Of a DNA stretch of 64,000 nt, positions 37,557 to 50,397 are shown piece by piece. The stretch's first letter is position 1, and the number at the start of each line of letters is the position of its first letter. The translations under genes were made by a program, and so were the position numbers. The stretch is from Candidatus Latescibacterota bacterium. Lineage in GTDB: Bacteria > Latescibacterota > UBA2968 > GCA-2709665. The stretch covers positions 2,624,001-2,688,000 of the forward strand of contig OZ244744.1 in assembly GCA_965219455.1 (NCBI GenBank), read 5' to 3'. Under the pieces are notes generated by a model, which was not told the origin of the DNA, made no database searches, and saw nothing but the letters and a program-made list of their open reading frames with translations.

Positions 37557-40043
37557 CTATTGCACGTCTCCGTTGGGTCCGGTCTCCGGCGGAAGGCCTT
37601 CTGACCCCTCCCCGTTACTCTGGGAAATCACGCGCGCAACGTCGATCACCTCGTCGTCGTCGTCAAGATTTATGAGCCGCACGCCCTGCGTATTCCTTCC
37701 TATCGAACTGATTTCCCCGATCGGTTGCCGGATCAGGATTCCGTTCAGGGACACAATCATCAGTTCATCCTCGTCCACCACACCTTTCACCGCCACCACC
37801 TTGCCGTTTCGTTCGGTGGTCCTGATGTTGATCACGCCCTTGCCGCCCCGGCGGGTCAGCCGGTAGTCCGACACCTCCGTCCGTTTACCGAATCCCTTTG
37901 CCGAGACCGTAACCAGGGTGCTGCCGGCGTCCTGCACCACCACCATGCACACGACCTCGTCGTCTCCCTCCAGGGAAATCCCCCTCACGCCCTGGGCCCC
38001 GCGCCCCATATCGCGCACATCCTGCTCCTGAAACCGGATGGCCTGGCCGTTTCTGGTTGCCAGCACAATCTCCTGTGACCCGTTCGTGACTTCGGCTCCG
38101 ATCAGCCGGTCGTCGTCCAGAATATGCATCGCAATTATTCCTCCCCGCCGTGGCCGGCTGTACGCGGGCAAGACCGTCTTTTTGACCTGACCGTTGCGTG
38201 TTACCTTCATCAGATAGTGTCCGTCGTCAAATGCCCTGACCGGCACGATGGCGGCCACCTTGTGACCCTCGTCGATCTCGATCAGGTTGACCACCGGACG
38301 CCCGCGGGAAACACGCCCGCCTTCGGGAATCTCGTGTACCTTCAGCCAGTGACAGTGACCCCGATCCGTCAGAAACAGAATGTAGCTGTGCGTGGAAGCG
38401 ATGAAGAGATGTTCCACGAAATCTTCTTCTTTGGTCCGCATCCCCGTCACGCCGCGCCCGCCCCTGCGCTGCTGGCGGTAGGTGTCCACCGGAATTCGTT
38501 TGATATATCCCTGATGGGAAATGGTGATGACCATGTCCTCGTCGGCGATCAGGTCTTCGATATTGAACTCCGAAGCGGAAAATACGACGTCGGTTCGTCG
38601 TTCATCCCCGTACTTCGCTTCAACCTCCAGTAATTCCGACCTCACAAGGCCCATTCGCTCCGGCCTGCTGTTCAGAATCGACCTCAGCCGCGCGATTTCA
38701 TTAACCAGTGCCACGTATTCCTCTTCAATTTTCCGGTGTTCAAGTCCCGTCAGCCGCTGTATCGTCATCGTCAGAACCGCTTGCGCCTGCCTTTCGGACA
38801 GGGTCAACCGTTCCATCAGGATCGAACGGGCAGCATCCGGATCGGCCGCCCCCCGGACGATTTTAATCACCTCTTCAATCGCATCCAGCGCAATTCTCAA
38901 TCCTTCCAGGATATGCGCGCGATCTTCCGCCACCTTAAGCTCGTACCTGGTGCGTCGCTCCACCACGTCGTGCCGGTGATCGATATAGTGCTGAAGCAGT
39001 TGTTTCAGGTTCAACTGCCTGGGCTGCCTGTCCACCAGCGCAATCATATTGGCGCCGAACGTGCTTTCAAGTTGGGTATGTTTGTAAAGCTGGTTCAGGA
39101 CCACTTCGCTGTAGGCATCCTGTTTCAGTTCCACCACAACCCGCATACCCTTGCGGTCGGACTCGTCCCGAATATTCGATATCCCTTCAACCCGCTTCTC
39201 CCGAACCAGATCGGCCATCTTCTCCAGAAGCGTGGCTTTGGCCACCATATAAGGGATTTCGGTAATGACGATGTTTTCGCGCCCGTTCTTCAAGGACTCC
39301 GCGTTGGCGGTCGCCCGCACCCTGATCAACCCCCTGCCGGTACGGTAGGCATCCAGCACGCCGCTCATCCCGTAAATCACCCCGCCCGTTGGAAAATCGG
39401 GCCCCTTGATGTATTCCATGAGATCCATGACTTCCAGGTTGGGATCGTCGATCAATGCCACCAGCCCGGCGACCACTTCGCGGAGGTTGTGGGGCGGCAT
39501 TGCCGTGGCCATGGTCACGGCAATGCCCACGGATCCGTTGCAGAGCATATTCGGAAAACGCGATGGCAGGACAGTGGGTTCCTCGAGCCGTTCGTCGTAA
39601 TTCGGGTTGAAATCCACCGTATCCTTGTCAAGGCCCTGCAACATCTCGCTGCCCGGGCCGGCCATCCTCGCCTCGGTATAACGCATGGCCGCTGGGGGAT
39701 ACCCGTCGATCGAGCCGAAATTACCCTGTCCGTCCACGAGCGGATAGCGCAGCTTGAAGTCCTGCGCCAGGTTGACCAGCGTCGGGTAGACGATTTCCTC
39801 GCCGTGAGGGTGGTAGTTCCCAGACGTATGCCCGGCAATGTTGGCGCACTTTCTGTGCTGGCGCGTGGGCCCCAGGCCCAGGTCGTTCATCGCAATGAGG
39901 ATGCGCCGTTGCGAGGGTTTGAGCCCATCACGCACATCCGGCAACGCACGATTCACCAGCGTACTCATGGAATAGTCCAGCATCGACTTCTTCAGTTCAT
40001 CGCCGATGTCCATCGGGACAATCCGCTGCCGCGCGCTCATCAT
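37557..40043 (-). CDS. gyrA: DNA gyrase subunit A
   Basis: ALPDVRDGLKP, YHPHG, AAMRYTE, GyrA-box QRRGGRG, beta-pinwheel CTD. Confidence 0.97.
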   Translation of the reverse strand: MMSARQRIVPMDIGDELKKSMLDYSMSTLVNRALPDVRDGLKPSQRRILIAMNDLGLGPTRQHRKCANIAGHTSGNYHPHGEEIVYPTLVNLAQDFKLRYPLVDGQGNFGSIDGYPPAAMRYTEARMAGPGSEMLQGLDKDTVDFNPNYDERLEEPTVLPSRFPNMLCNGSVGIAVTMATAMPPHNLREVVAGLVALIDDPNLEVMDLMEYIKGPDFPTGGVIYGMSGVLDAYRTGRGLIRVRATANAESLKNGRENIVITEIPYMVAKATLLEKMADLVREKRVEGISNIRDESDRKGMRVVVELKQDAYSEVVLNQLYKHTQLESTFGANMIALVDRQPRQLNLKQLLQHYIDHRHDVVERRTRYELKVAEDRAHILEGLRIALDAIEEVIKIVRGAADPDAARSILMERLTLSERQAQAVLTMTIQRLTGLEHRKIEEEYVALVNEIARLRSILNSRPERMGLVRSELLEVEAKYGDERRTDVVFSASEFNIEDLIADEDMVITISHQGYIKRIPVDTYRQQRRGGRGVTGMRTKEEDFVEHLFIASTHSYILFLTDRGHCHWLKVHEIPEGGRVSRGRPVVNLIEIDEGHKVAAIVPVRAFDDGHYLMKVTRNGQVKKTVLPAYSRPRRGGIIAMHILDDDRLIGAEVTNGSQEIVLATRNGQAIRFQEQDVRDMGRGAQGVRGISLEGDDEVVCMVVVQDAGSTLVTVSAKGFGKRTEVSDYRLTRRGGKGVINIRTTERNGKVVAVKGVVDEDELMIVSLNGILIRQPIGEISSIGRNTQGVRLINLDDDDEVIDVARVISQSNGEGSEGLPPETGPNGDVQ

Positions 40044-40114
40044 GCTTCGTATCTCCCGTGTATGTCAGTTCAATGCCCACTCCTGCGGTGTGGCAGGACA
40101 GGCGCGATACGCCT

Positions 40115-42058
<1,944 letters not shown>

Positions 42059-42158
42059 TCAACTCCTTTCGGGGATCGTTGTGTATCCCGGCTATTTCTC
42101 GAATAGAGCCTTTATCGCGTGGGGTTCATAATGATGCCGCCACCGCGCCCGTCGTTTA

Positions 42159-42503
42159 TCACCCGAACCGAATCGACGTTACGACGTCCCGCCCCAAGGC
42201 CTCGTTCAACCTGGCCTGGATACGATGCCGCTCGAACAGCAGCCGGTGGCGCACGGCATGCTGCCTGATCCAGATCACAAGCTCGCCTCGACGAATTTCG
42301 GCCGATCGGGCCATCGCGTCCGGCACACCGCTGAATTCGCCTATGACCTCGGGCAACAACGCCAGCGCACGCTCCTCCAGGATCCGAACCTCGATGCCCA
42401 GGGCCCGTACGGCCTCTCGCAAGGCCTCTGCCAGAGCAACGGTACCTGCGCCGGTACGATCGGACCGTCGTGTCTTGCTTCTAATCTCCTCAGAGTACGC
42501 CAT
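42159..42503 (-). CDS. DUF721/DciA-like protein
   Basis: Position between recF and gyrB, size, and C-terminal LNEALG...SIRF pattern. Confidence 0.7.
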   Translation of the reverse strand: MAYSEEIRSKTRRSDRTGAGTVALAEALREAVRALGIEVRILEERALALLPEVIGEFSGVPDAMARSAEIRRGELVIWIRQHAVRHRLLFERHRIQARLNEALGRDVVTSIRFG

Positions 42504-42530
42504 TTTTTGATCCAGGCGGCGACATGGACG

Positions 42531-43613
42531 CTATAGCGTCAGCAATTGAAATCCCCGGTCCATTAAATTCAATTCGGGTTCGCGCGCGGACGTAATGAAC
42601 ACCTGCCCGAAGGAAGCGACAAGATCCATGGCCGCCTCTGCACGGTGTTGATCCAGTTCGGCGAAAATATCGTCCATCAGCAGCACTGGGGAACGGCCGG
42701 TGTGGGACTCCAGATAGGCTGCCTCGGAAAGCTTCCAGGCCAGGAGAATGCTCTTGAGTTGGCCCTTGGAGGCGAACTTTTGTGCGCTTCGACCATCTAA
42801 CGTGAAAATCAGATGGTCCCTGTGTGGGCCGACCAGCGTATAACCCAGATCCGCTTCGTCTGCCCGCCGTAGCCTGAGTTCGGCCTCCAGGATCTCCTGC
42901 CCACGGTCTCGTTCATCGGCTTTTACGGGGCTTCGGTATACGGACGCGATCTGTTCCCCGCTGTGCGAAATCTGACGATAATACGCATCGATCGTGGGCC
43001 GCATCGCATCCAGCGCGTCCAGCCTGTCGCGAATAATCCGCGCCCCCAGTTCCGCCAGTTGAACGTCCCAGGGAGCCAGTTGACGGACATCCAGGGCCCT
43101 CCCTTGGCCTTCTCTCAGCAGCCGGTTCCTCTGGGCCAGTACACGACGGTACTGATCCAGATCGGACAGATAAGAGGTCCGGCACTGAGAAACGAGGATG
43201 TCCAGGAGACGGCGACGCTGGGGGGGATCCCGCAAGACCAGATCTACATCTTCCGGGAAGAACAGAACGGCGTTAAAGGTGCCGATAAGGCCAGAAAGAC
43301 GAGGGAGTGGGGCCGCATCCAGAAGCGCTTTTTTTTTGCCCACGCGTCGATCGAATGCGATTCGGATCGACCTTGCGCGGTCTTCGTAGGCTACCGCCGC
43401 ATCGATGCTGAAGTATTCCGCCCCCCACCGAACGACGTCCCTGTCTCTTGAACCCCGACCGGACTTGGCTATGGCAAGAAAATATATCGCTTCCAGCAGG
43501 TTAGACTTGCCCGCGCCGTTTTCGGCGTAAACCACCGTCTTCCGGCCCGGAAACGCAAAGTCGACGGTATCGAAATTTCGATAGTTGACAAGCTTGAGGG
43601 CCGTAAGGTACAA
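42531..43613 (-). CDS. recF: DNA replication/repair protein RecF
   Basis: NYRN, NGAGKSNLLEA, GPHRD, SKGQ, LLMDDIFAELD. Confidence 0.95.
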   Translation of the reverse strand: MYLTALKLVNYRNFDTVDFAFPGRKTVVYAENGAGKSNLLEAIYFLAIAKSGRGSRDRDVVRWGAEYFSIDAAVAYEDRARSIRIAFDRRVGKKKALLDAAPLPRLSGLIGTFNAVLFFPEDVDLVLRDPPQRRRLLDILVSQCRTSYLSDLDQYRRVLAQRNRLLREGQGRALDVRQLAPWDVQLAELGARIIRDRLDALDAMRPTIDAYYRQISHSGEQIASVYRSPVKADERDRGQEILEAELRLRRADEADLGYTLVGPHRDHLIFTLDGRSAQKFASKGQLKSILLAWKLSEAAYLESHTGRSPVLLMDDIFAELDQHRAEAAMDLVASFGQVFITSAREPELNLMDRGFQLLTL

Positions 43614-43626
43614 AACGCATCGTCCA

Positions 43627-44826
43627 TCAGTCGTTTATCCGAAGCGGCATCAGCAGGCACAGGTAGTCTTCCCCTTCCGGCTGCTCCGCCGGCCGAATGA
43701 TGCCCGCCGCCGTCGGCCCGTCCAGCTCTAACAATACCTGCTCGGAGTCGATACGCCTGAGAATATCCAGGAGATAATTCGAATTGTAACCAACCGCCAT
43801 TTCATCGCCGCTATATTCCGCTTCGAGCACCTCGCGAGCCTCGCCGCCAATCTCCTGGCTCGAGGCCGAGAGTACGACTCGGTTGTCGTTCATTTCCAGG
43901 CGAACCTGGTGGGTCTGCGCGCTTGAAAGGATGGAGACCCGTCGAACAGCGGGCATAAACAGGCTGTTGGGCACCTTCATCCTTGTGCCATTGTCCTGGG
44001 GGATCACTTGCTCGTAGTCGACGTAGGGCCCTTCGACCAGGCGGGAAAACAGACGAATGGCGCCTTTGGTATTCGTTGCGGAGCCCTTGGAGGCCTGCAG
44101 ATCGAACATCAGGTGATTCTGACCGAACTGCACCCGGCCCAAGCTGCTGCCTGCCGAAGCCAGCTTGACCACATGGTTCAGCGCCCGGGTGGGCACGATT
44201 GCCTCCGTCGAGACCTCTCGCGCCTCCGAATCGGAGAGCGTTCTGGAGTACCTGACCAGCCTTGCCCCGTCCGTGGCAACCATGGTCATCCGGCCGCTGC
44301 CTACCTTCCAGAACACCCCGTTCAGGATCGGTCTGGTTTCGTCTCTGGATACGGCAAACGTCGTCTTTAAAATCATCTCGCGCAACAACTGGCTTTCCCC
44401 GCCGCCCTCAGGCGCTTCTTCTCCGGGCTCGAAGCCCATCTCGGGGCCCTCGACTTCCGTGGGCAATTCGGGAAAGTCTTCCGCGGGCGTCGCCATGAGG
44501 GAATACGTTCCTTCCAGCCCCGATTGGCACTGAAGCGTCACGCGCCCCGACGCTTCGGTCAGAACAATGGGACCCTCGGGCAACTCCCGCACGATCTCGG
44601 CGAATTTCCGGGCCGGAACCGTCGTTGAGCCCTCTGTTTCCACGGTACCCGCAAGCATACAGTGGATGGAAATATCCAGATCTGTCGCGCTCAGGCATAC
44701 TTCCCCGCTCTCGTTGGTTCCGACGAGAATATTCGACAGTACAGGGAGGGCTGTTTTGGACGGCACTATGTCCATTACCGAATTGATGCCCCAGATAAGC
44801 ATATCCTGCTCGATAACCACCTTCAT
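43627..44826 (-). CDS. dnaN: DNA polymerase III beta clamp
   Basis: LSATDLD, VPARKF, DETRPILNG, ATDG, YNSNYL, LLMPLR. Confidence 0.96.
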   Translation of the reverse strand: MKVVIEQDMLIWGINSVMDIVPSKTALPVLSNILVGTNESGEVCLSATDLDISIHCMLAGTVETEGSTTVPARKFAEIVRELPEGPIVLTEASGRVTLQCQSGLEGTYSLMATPAEDFPELPTEVEGPEMGFEPGEEAPEGGGESQLLREMILKTTFAVSRDETRPILNGVFWKVGSGRMTMVATDGARLVRYSRTLSDSEAREVSTEAIVPTRALNHVVKLASAGSSLGRVQFGQNHLMFDLQASKGSATNTKGAIRLFSRLVEGPYVDYEQVIPQDNGTRMKVPNSLFMPAVRRVSILSSAQTHQVRLEMNDNRVVLSASSQEIGGEAREVLEAEYSGDEMAVGYNSNYLLDILRRIDSEQVLLELDGPTAAGIIRPAEQPEGEDYLCLLMPLRIND

Positions 44827-44943
44827 TTTCTGTCTCCCGGGAACACGTCTGGCAATGACGCTGCCCCACCGAAATCCGGATTAAAATTCGGGTTTGTATC
44901 CGTCGAAAAAAACGGCTGGATCGGCCATTCGAAACAATGACGT

Positions 44944-44972
44944 AATATACTGATTTTTATCGAATTTGTCAA
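44944..44972 (-). promoter_or_regulatory. sigma70 promoter of dnaN
   Basis: TTGACA-N17-TATATT. Confidence 0.7.
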
Positions 44973-45239
44973 CGTTTTTCATCTTTTTGACAGTCCAACG
45001 CAAAGCCCCTTCCGAACGGCCCTTTGCGCCACCCCACAGACTGTCGTTTCAGCACTCTCAACCTCCCTCCGTCCCCCGTGGACCGGCGGCCGTTGCTTTC
45101 GATCCGAACCCGAGTGCTCTCTAACGGTCCGGCCATGGTTCAGCCGTGGCGCGAACAGCTCCTGCGAACGCACAGATCGCCGCCCGACGCACGTATCCCG
45201 GGACGAGCGCGCGACATCCATCATTCCACTCCGGCAGCG

Positions 45240-45660
45240 CGCGCTATCCACATTCGACATTGTGAACAACACTTGCGAAATTCTCTACGGCTCTCGTTCG
45301 AATCAGGAGTTACAAATATATATTTATATGTTATATAGAAGAATATTTTACCTTTCGATTGCCGAGTTCTGGTTTTGTGAATAACTTTCGGGAGAATCTG
45401 TGGAAAACGATCTACTGCGGCACGCAGGCGCCACCGGGGTGGATAACACCTCGAATATTCACATGTTATCCATAGCAATTCTACAAATCTGCCATTGGGT
45501 TTTGCTTTATTTGAACGGCCGATTTCGATGTTTTCCACTTTTCCGCCCGCCATGTTATTGTTGTATTTTAGAAGTCATTTAATTCTATCAATCCATAAAC
45601 CATAACAACATGAAGCCTTATCTTCTGTTGATATGTCCGGGTATCAATAAAAAAATGACC
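45240..45660. other. Probable oriC (DnaA boxes plus AT-rich unwinding element) between dnaA and dnaN
   Basis: DnaA-box-like 9-mers at 45244, 45261, 45376 (TTATTCACA rc), 45399 (TTTTCCACA rc), 45438, 45455, 45466, 45531; AT-rich tract ~45310-45350. Confidence 0.8.
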
Positions 45661-45762
45661 GATTCAAGACTGAAATCGGCCGTTCTGCGAAAACACGGTA
45701 TGATACAATGCTGCCACGCGCCGTCGACAGCGAGGACAATGGAAACAACCGGCGAAGGGGGT

Positions 45763-47190
45763 TCAGGCCGTCGCGAATTGCTGAACTCTGTTCTGGATGC
45801 GGCTGACAAGCGCCTGGAAACCCGGGTCGGTTGAAAGCCTGGTGGCGATGTTTTTGCACGCGTGAATGACCGTCGTATGATCCCGATTCCCGAATTCGGT
45901 GCCGATTGACTTGAGGGGCGCCTCCGTAAGCCTTCGGCAAAGGTACATGCAGATATGTCGGGCTGTGGCGATTTCCTGTTTTCGGGTGGACCCGGTCAAC
46001 ATTTCCACGGAGATGTTGAAGAAACCCGCCGTACCTTTCTGGATCTCGTCGATGCTGATTTCGGGTGAGGTGATGGCCTTCACGCGTCCCAGACTCTTTA
46101 TGGTATCCCTGGCGATTTGGAGGGAAACGGGTGCGCGTTTATATATCGAAAAAGTAATTAGGTGGGTCAGGGCGCCTTCCAGTTCCCGGATGTTGGAATT
46201 GACCTGTTCGGCCATGAAACGAGCCACATCCGGGGGGATCCGGACACCGTGATCGGCGGCCTTCCGATTTACAATTGCCATCCGGGTTTCCAGGTCTGGC
46301 CGGTCAATATCCGAAACGAGGCCCCACTGAAACCTTGAAATAAGCCTGTCTTCGAATCCTTTAAGGGTTGACGGCGGGCGGTCTGAACTCAGAACGATCT
46401 GTTTGTTCCGTTGATGCAATGAGTTGAAGGTGTGAATGAGTTCCCGCTGGCACGCTTCAGTTTTTACGTAAAACTGAATATCGTCAATCAAAAGAATGTC
46501 CGCGTTCCGATAAATTTCGATATACGCGGATGTATCCTGCTTCTGGATGGCTTTCAGATAGTCCGTAAAGAACCGCTCGGCAGTCGCATACACCACACGC
46601 CGGGCCGTGTTGTTACGTACACAATAGTCGCCAATCGCCTGCAGCAAGTGCGTTTTCCCCAAGCCCACGCCGCTATAGATGACCAGGGGATTGTAGGATA
46701 TCTGCCCGGGCGACTCCGCGACGGCTTTCGCCGCCGTAAACGAGAATTGATTGCTCTCACCGACGACGAAGTCTTCAAAGCGATATCGGGGATTCAGCGG
46801 AAAGACGGCTTCGGAGACAGGTGCGGGAGCGACCCCTTTTTGTTCGGGTTCGGGCTTCCCCGGGGGAGCGGAATCGTCAGTAATAGAGAAATCGAGTGGC
46901 GCCCCTGAGGTAGACCGGACATTTTTCTCGACATCGAATCTGACTTCCGGCGTCCAGGAAGTAATCTCTTTTATTGTAGCCTGGATTAAATCAAGCCAAT
47001 GTTCTTCAAGCCAGTCCGCAAAAAAGGAGGTTGGCACCTCGATGACAGCGAACTCGGCGCCCAGCCGCGGTGAGGACGTCTGGGCGAACCATGTGCGGTA
47101 GGCATCCGCCTCGACTTTCCCCTCTATTTTTCGCAGACACTGGCCCCAGAGGTCGGAAGGATTTTCAACCATAGAGACAAAACCACCCAT
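45763..47190 (-). CDS. dnaA: Chromosomal replication initiator
   Basis: LNPRYRFEDFVVG, YNPL, GLGKTHLL, LIDDIQF, RLISRF, NIRELEG, RDHTTV. Confidence 0.97.
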   Translation of the reverse strand: MGGFVSMVENPSDLWGQCLRKIEGKVEADAYRTWFAQTSSPRLGAEFAVIEVPTSFFADWLEEHWLDLIQATIKEITSWTPEVRFDVEKNVRSTSGAPLDFSITDDSAPPGKPEPEQKGVAPAPVSEAVFPLNPRYRFEDFVVGESNQFSFTAAKAVAESPGQISYNPLVIYSGVGLGKTHLLQAIGDYCVRNNTARRVVYATAERFFTDYLKAIQKQDTSAYIEIYRNADILLIDDIQFYVKTEACQRELIHTFNSLHQRNKQIVLSSDRPPSTLKGFEDRLISRFQWGLVSDIDRPDLETRMAIVNRKAADHGVRIPPDVARFMAEQVNSNIRELEGALTHLITFSIYKRAPVSLQIARDTIKSLGRVKAITSPEISIDEIQKGTAGFFNISVEMLTGSTRKQEIATARHICMYLCRRLTEAPLKSIGTEFGNRDHTTVIHACKNIATRLSTDPGFQALVSRIQNRVQQFATA

Positions 47191-47655
47191 ACGTCAGCGA
47201 GGGACATGAGCCGTCGCTAAACCGGATTTACAATATAAAGAGAGAGTTGGCCGGGAATTACGCCGAGCCCCGCCAGAAGCCAGAAAATCATCTATTGGAG
47301 GGAGTGTTGCAGAAGATGTTCTGGGGGGATACAATTAACGGCAAAGGAAGGGATGCATTCCTTAAAATCGGACAATAATGCGGCCTGCCGGTGGCCGTCC
47401 GGTCACACGAATAATAGAGATAAAGCAATGATGAACAAGTAAAGCGGGGGAGTCGCCGAATGAACTATCCTCGGCATTTGGAGGGCCCAAGCTAAAGAAT
47501 AGATTCGGAAAAGTCAAGCCCTTTTTGCCAGAAAATACAGCGTATTATACACCTAGGGTTCGATAGAGTGGAGGCCCTATATAATGGGTATTAAATGAAA
47601 TAAATACAATATGTAGGGGAATTTTGTGTGATCGTATGGATACCGGCGAAATCAC

Positions 47656-47684
47656 TTGACAAAGATTCCGTCCCCCTCTATATT
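47656..47684 (+). promoter_or_regulatory. sigma70 promoter of the rpmH operon
   Basis: TTGACA-N17-TATATT. Confidence 0.75.
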
Positions 47685-47750
47685 CATAACTTCCTACAAT
47701 TCATTCAGATACGTGAACGGCCGTTCTTTGCGTAACGCTCGGACAATGTA

Positions 47751-47885
47751 ATGAAGCGGACATTTCAGCCCAGCAACCGGAAACGAAAAAACAAACACGG
47801 CTTTCGCCATCGCATGCGGACCCCCGGTGGGCGTAAGATCTTCGGCAGGCGCCGCCGAAAGGGCCGCGAACGGGTCTCCCTCTAG
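47751..47885 (+). CDS. rpmH: 50S ribosomal protein L34 (below ORF-track cutoff)
   Basis: [44 protein letters not shown]. Confidence 0.96.
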   Translation: MKRTFQPSNRKRKNKHGFRHRMRTPGGRKIFGRRRRKGRERVSL

Positions 47886-47887
47886 GA

Positions 47888-48277
47888 ATGAGCAGGTCGA
47901 AAGCCCGGCTGCGCCGTGAGGTTCAGAATCTTCGACGGACCGGATCGTTGTTCCGGGGCCGCTGGTTGCACGTCCGTGCGTGTAAATCCGCAGAAGATCG
48001 TATCTTTATCTCCGTACGGAAGCGGTTTGGAAAGGCAGTTGCACGAAATCTCGCGCGGCGGCGAATTCGTGCTATCTGCCGGGAAATGGCGCCGCACCAC
48101 CGCACGGGTCATATGGCGCCGCACCACCGCACGGGTCATTTGGTCATTATTTCCGTTGGCGACCGGTCAGACTCTGCGGGGTTCGGGGATCTCCGTACGG
48201 ATTTGATATCTGCGTTCGTAAATCTGGGTCTTCTCCGCAGGTCGGCCATCCCGCCGGTCGGGTTGCTTCCTCGTTGA
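47888..48277 (+). CDS. rnpA: RNase P protein component
   Basis: ISVRKRFGKAVARNLARRRIR RNR-like motif; follows rpmH. Confidence 0.85.
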   Translation: MSRSKARLRREVQNLRRTGSLFRGRWLHVRACKSAEDRIFISVRKRFGKAVARNLARRRIRAICREMAPHHRTGHMAPHHRTGHLVIISVGDRSDSAGFGDLRTDLISAFVNLGLLRRSAIPPVGLLPR

Positions 48278-48394
48278 ATCGTTCTCCGCATTGTCTTCGC
48301 ATGTGTGTCGCCCTCCTCCTCACGCTCACCGCTACTGTTCCAGGCCCGGAAATAGATTGCCGAAATTCGGTCGATGAGTCGCCCGGCTCGCATC

Positions 48395-48556
48395 CATCGA
48401 CAGGCTCAGGAACCGGCGCCTGAACGAGGGCGGTCTGTTCAAGCATTGGCGAGCGAGGACACTTCGACAAGCTTGCTTCGACAGGCTCAGCACAGGCAGC
48501 GCAAGCAACTCAGCGAGACCTGCCTGCCGCGCGTTGCTTGGCGCAGGCAGGCGGGA
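48395..48556. repeat. REP-like palindromes (CTTCGACAGGCTCAG family; CCTGCC...GGCAGG)
   Basis: TCGACAGGCTCAG at ~48397 and ~48478, CTTCGACAAGCT at 48462, CCTGCCTGC...GCAGGCAGG at ~48519-48551. Confidence 0.65.
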
Positions 48557-48702
48557 TGAATCGTCGGAAAAAGGATGACGTATTTCCGGGACAGGACACT
48601 TGCCCCTACCTCTTTATTTGCGGGATTCGATTTCCTGCATACGACCCGGATCCGCTCTTGTTCCTGTCTTCTCTTTGCATATCCTCAATACAGGTCTGAC
48701 GA

Positions 48703-50385
48703 ATGGATAAGCGTACAATCTCCGCCTTTATTTTAATCGGCCTGATCATCATCCTCTATCCCCATTATATGGAATGGATAACCGGGGGACCGACTCCGAT
48801 CTCTCCACCTGAGCCGGTCCCCGCCGAAAGCCTGCGAACGCCGCGGGCGGCGCCGCCGGAACCGCCCATCCGTCAGCCCGAGATTGAGCGGGAGGCGTCC
48901 CCGGGCGTATCTACAGATCTGCAGGTCAGCCGGACCGCATCACGCGAATTCACCCCGCAGGACGTCACCGTCGAAACCGACCTCTTTACGGCCACGTTCA
49001 GCACCCGCGGCGGGGTATTGAACCGCCTTCGGCTGAAGGCCTATGAACACCCGGACGGCGGGCAACTCGATTTGATCGCGTTCGGGAGCACCGCGCTGGG
49101 TCTATCGTTAGCCGGTGAATCGCTGGATGCGTATGAATTCGCTACGGACACACCGAGGCTCACGCTGATCGGTGCCGAACAGGCCGAACTCATCTTCAGG
49201 GCGCAACTGGGACAGCGGGTGGTTGAAAAGCGGCTTCGCTTTCAGGGCAACCGGTACCGGCTGGACATGGCGCTGGCCGTATCCGGACTGCAGCCGGACG
49301 AGAAGCTGGGCGTAGATTGGTCGGGCAGTCTTGCCGATACCGAGAACAGCCCGGACGAGAACGCAGCCTATATGGCGGTTGTCACACGTTCGGGCGGCGA
49401 GGTGGAAACCTGGAATGTTGCGGATCTGGGACCCGATGCGGATCCTCCGCCTGGTGGCCAGATCTCCTGGTTTGGGATTCGGAACAAGTACTTTCTGGTT
49501 GCCCTCATCCCCCCTGATGGCAGTTATAGCATGGCATTGAGCGGCGCCATGCGCGACGTGGCCGAATGGTACGACGTCGAAATCCTGGCCAAAGGCACCG
49601 ATCCCGGTCAGCGGTACGGCGTTTATTTCGGTCCGATCTCCTACGATCGGCTCAGGGAGCAGAATTGGGACCTGTCGGGCAACTACCGTGAACTGGAAAT
49701 GGAGGAGTTCATGGAGTATGGCTTCGCCATGTTCCGGCCAATCATTAAACCCATCACCAATCTGAATCTCTGGGCCTTTCTCGCGCTTCATCCGCTGATC
49801 CCGAACTATGGCCTTGTCATTATCGTCTTTTCCGTGCTCATTAAAATCGTGGTGTTTCCGCTAACGCACAAGAGTCTCGAAGCAGCTGCCAAGATGCAGC
49901 AGCTTCAGCCCAAGATCGCCGCGATGCGGAAAAAATACCCGGACGACCAACAGAAGGTCAGCCGGGAGATGATGAAGCTCTACAAGGTGGAGGGCGTGAA
50001 TCCCCTGGGGGGCTGCCTGCCGATGGTCATCCAGATGCCCATCCTCTTTTCGCTGTTCAACGTGTTTCGGGGCGCGATCGAACTCCGGCAGTCCGAGTTC
50101 ATGTTCTGGATTACGGACCTGTCGCAGCCGGACCGGTTTTTCATCGGCGGGTATGAAATCCACCTGTTGCCGCTGCTTATGGCCGTCTCTACATTTTTCC
50201 AGTCAAAAATGACCATGAAAGATCCCAAGCAGGCGATCATGGTCTACATGATGCCCGTTTTCATGACCTGGATATTCTGGAGCATGTCCTCCGGTCTGGT
50301 GCTCTACTGGACCATGTTCAACGGTCTCACTATTTTGCAGCAGCAAGTTATGGAACGCGTGAAACGCGTGCTCGACAGCCACTGA
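48703..50385 (+). CDS. yidC: Membrane protein insertase
   Basis: N-terminal TM, FSTRGG, NYGLVII, NPLGGCLP, WITDLSQPD, SGLVLYW. Confidence 0.95.
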   Translation: MDKRTISAFILIGLIIILYPHYMEWITGGPTPISPPEPVPAESLRTPRAAPPEPPIRQPEIEREASPGVSTDLQVSRTASREFTPQDVTVETDLFTATFSTRGGVLNRLRLKAYEHPDGGQLDLIAFGSTALGLSLAGESLDAYEFATDTPRLTLIGAEQAELIFRAQLGQRVVEKRLRFQGNRYRLDMALAVSGLQPDEKLGVDWSGSLADTENSPDENAAYMAVVTRSGGEVETWNVADLGPDADPPPGGQISWFGIRNKYFLVALIPPDGSYSMALSGAMRDVAEWYDVEILAKGTDPGQRYGVYFGPISYDRLREQNWDLSGNYRELEMEEFMEYGFAMFRPIIKPITNLNLWAFLALHPLIPNYGLVIIVFSVLIKIVVFPLTHKSLEAAAKMQQLQPKIAAMRKKYPDDQQKVSREMMKLYKVEGVNPLGGCLPMVIQMPILFSLFNVFRGAIELRQSEFMFWITDLSQPDRFFIGGYEIHLLPLLMAVSTFFQSKMTMKDPKQAIMVYMMPVFMTWIFWSMSSGLVLYWTMFNGLTILQQQVMERVKRVLDSH

Positions 50386-50397
50386 GGGTAAGTCACA

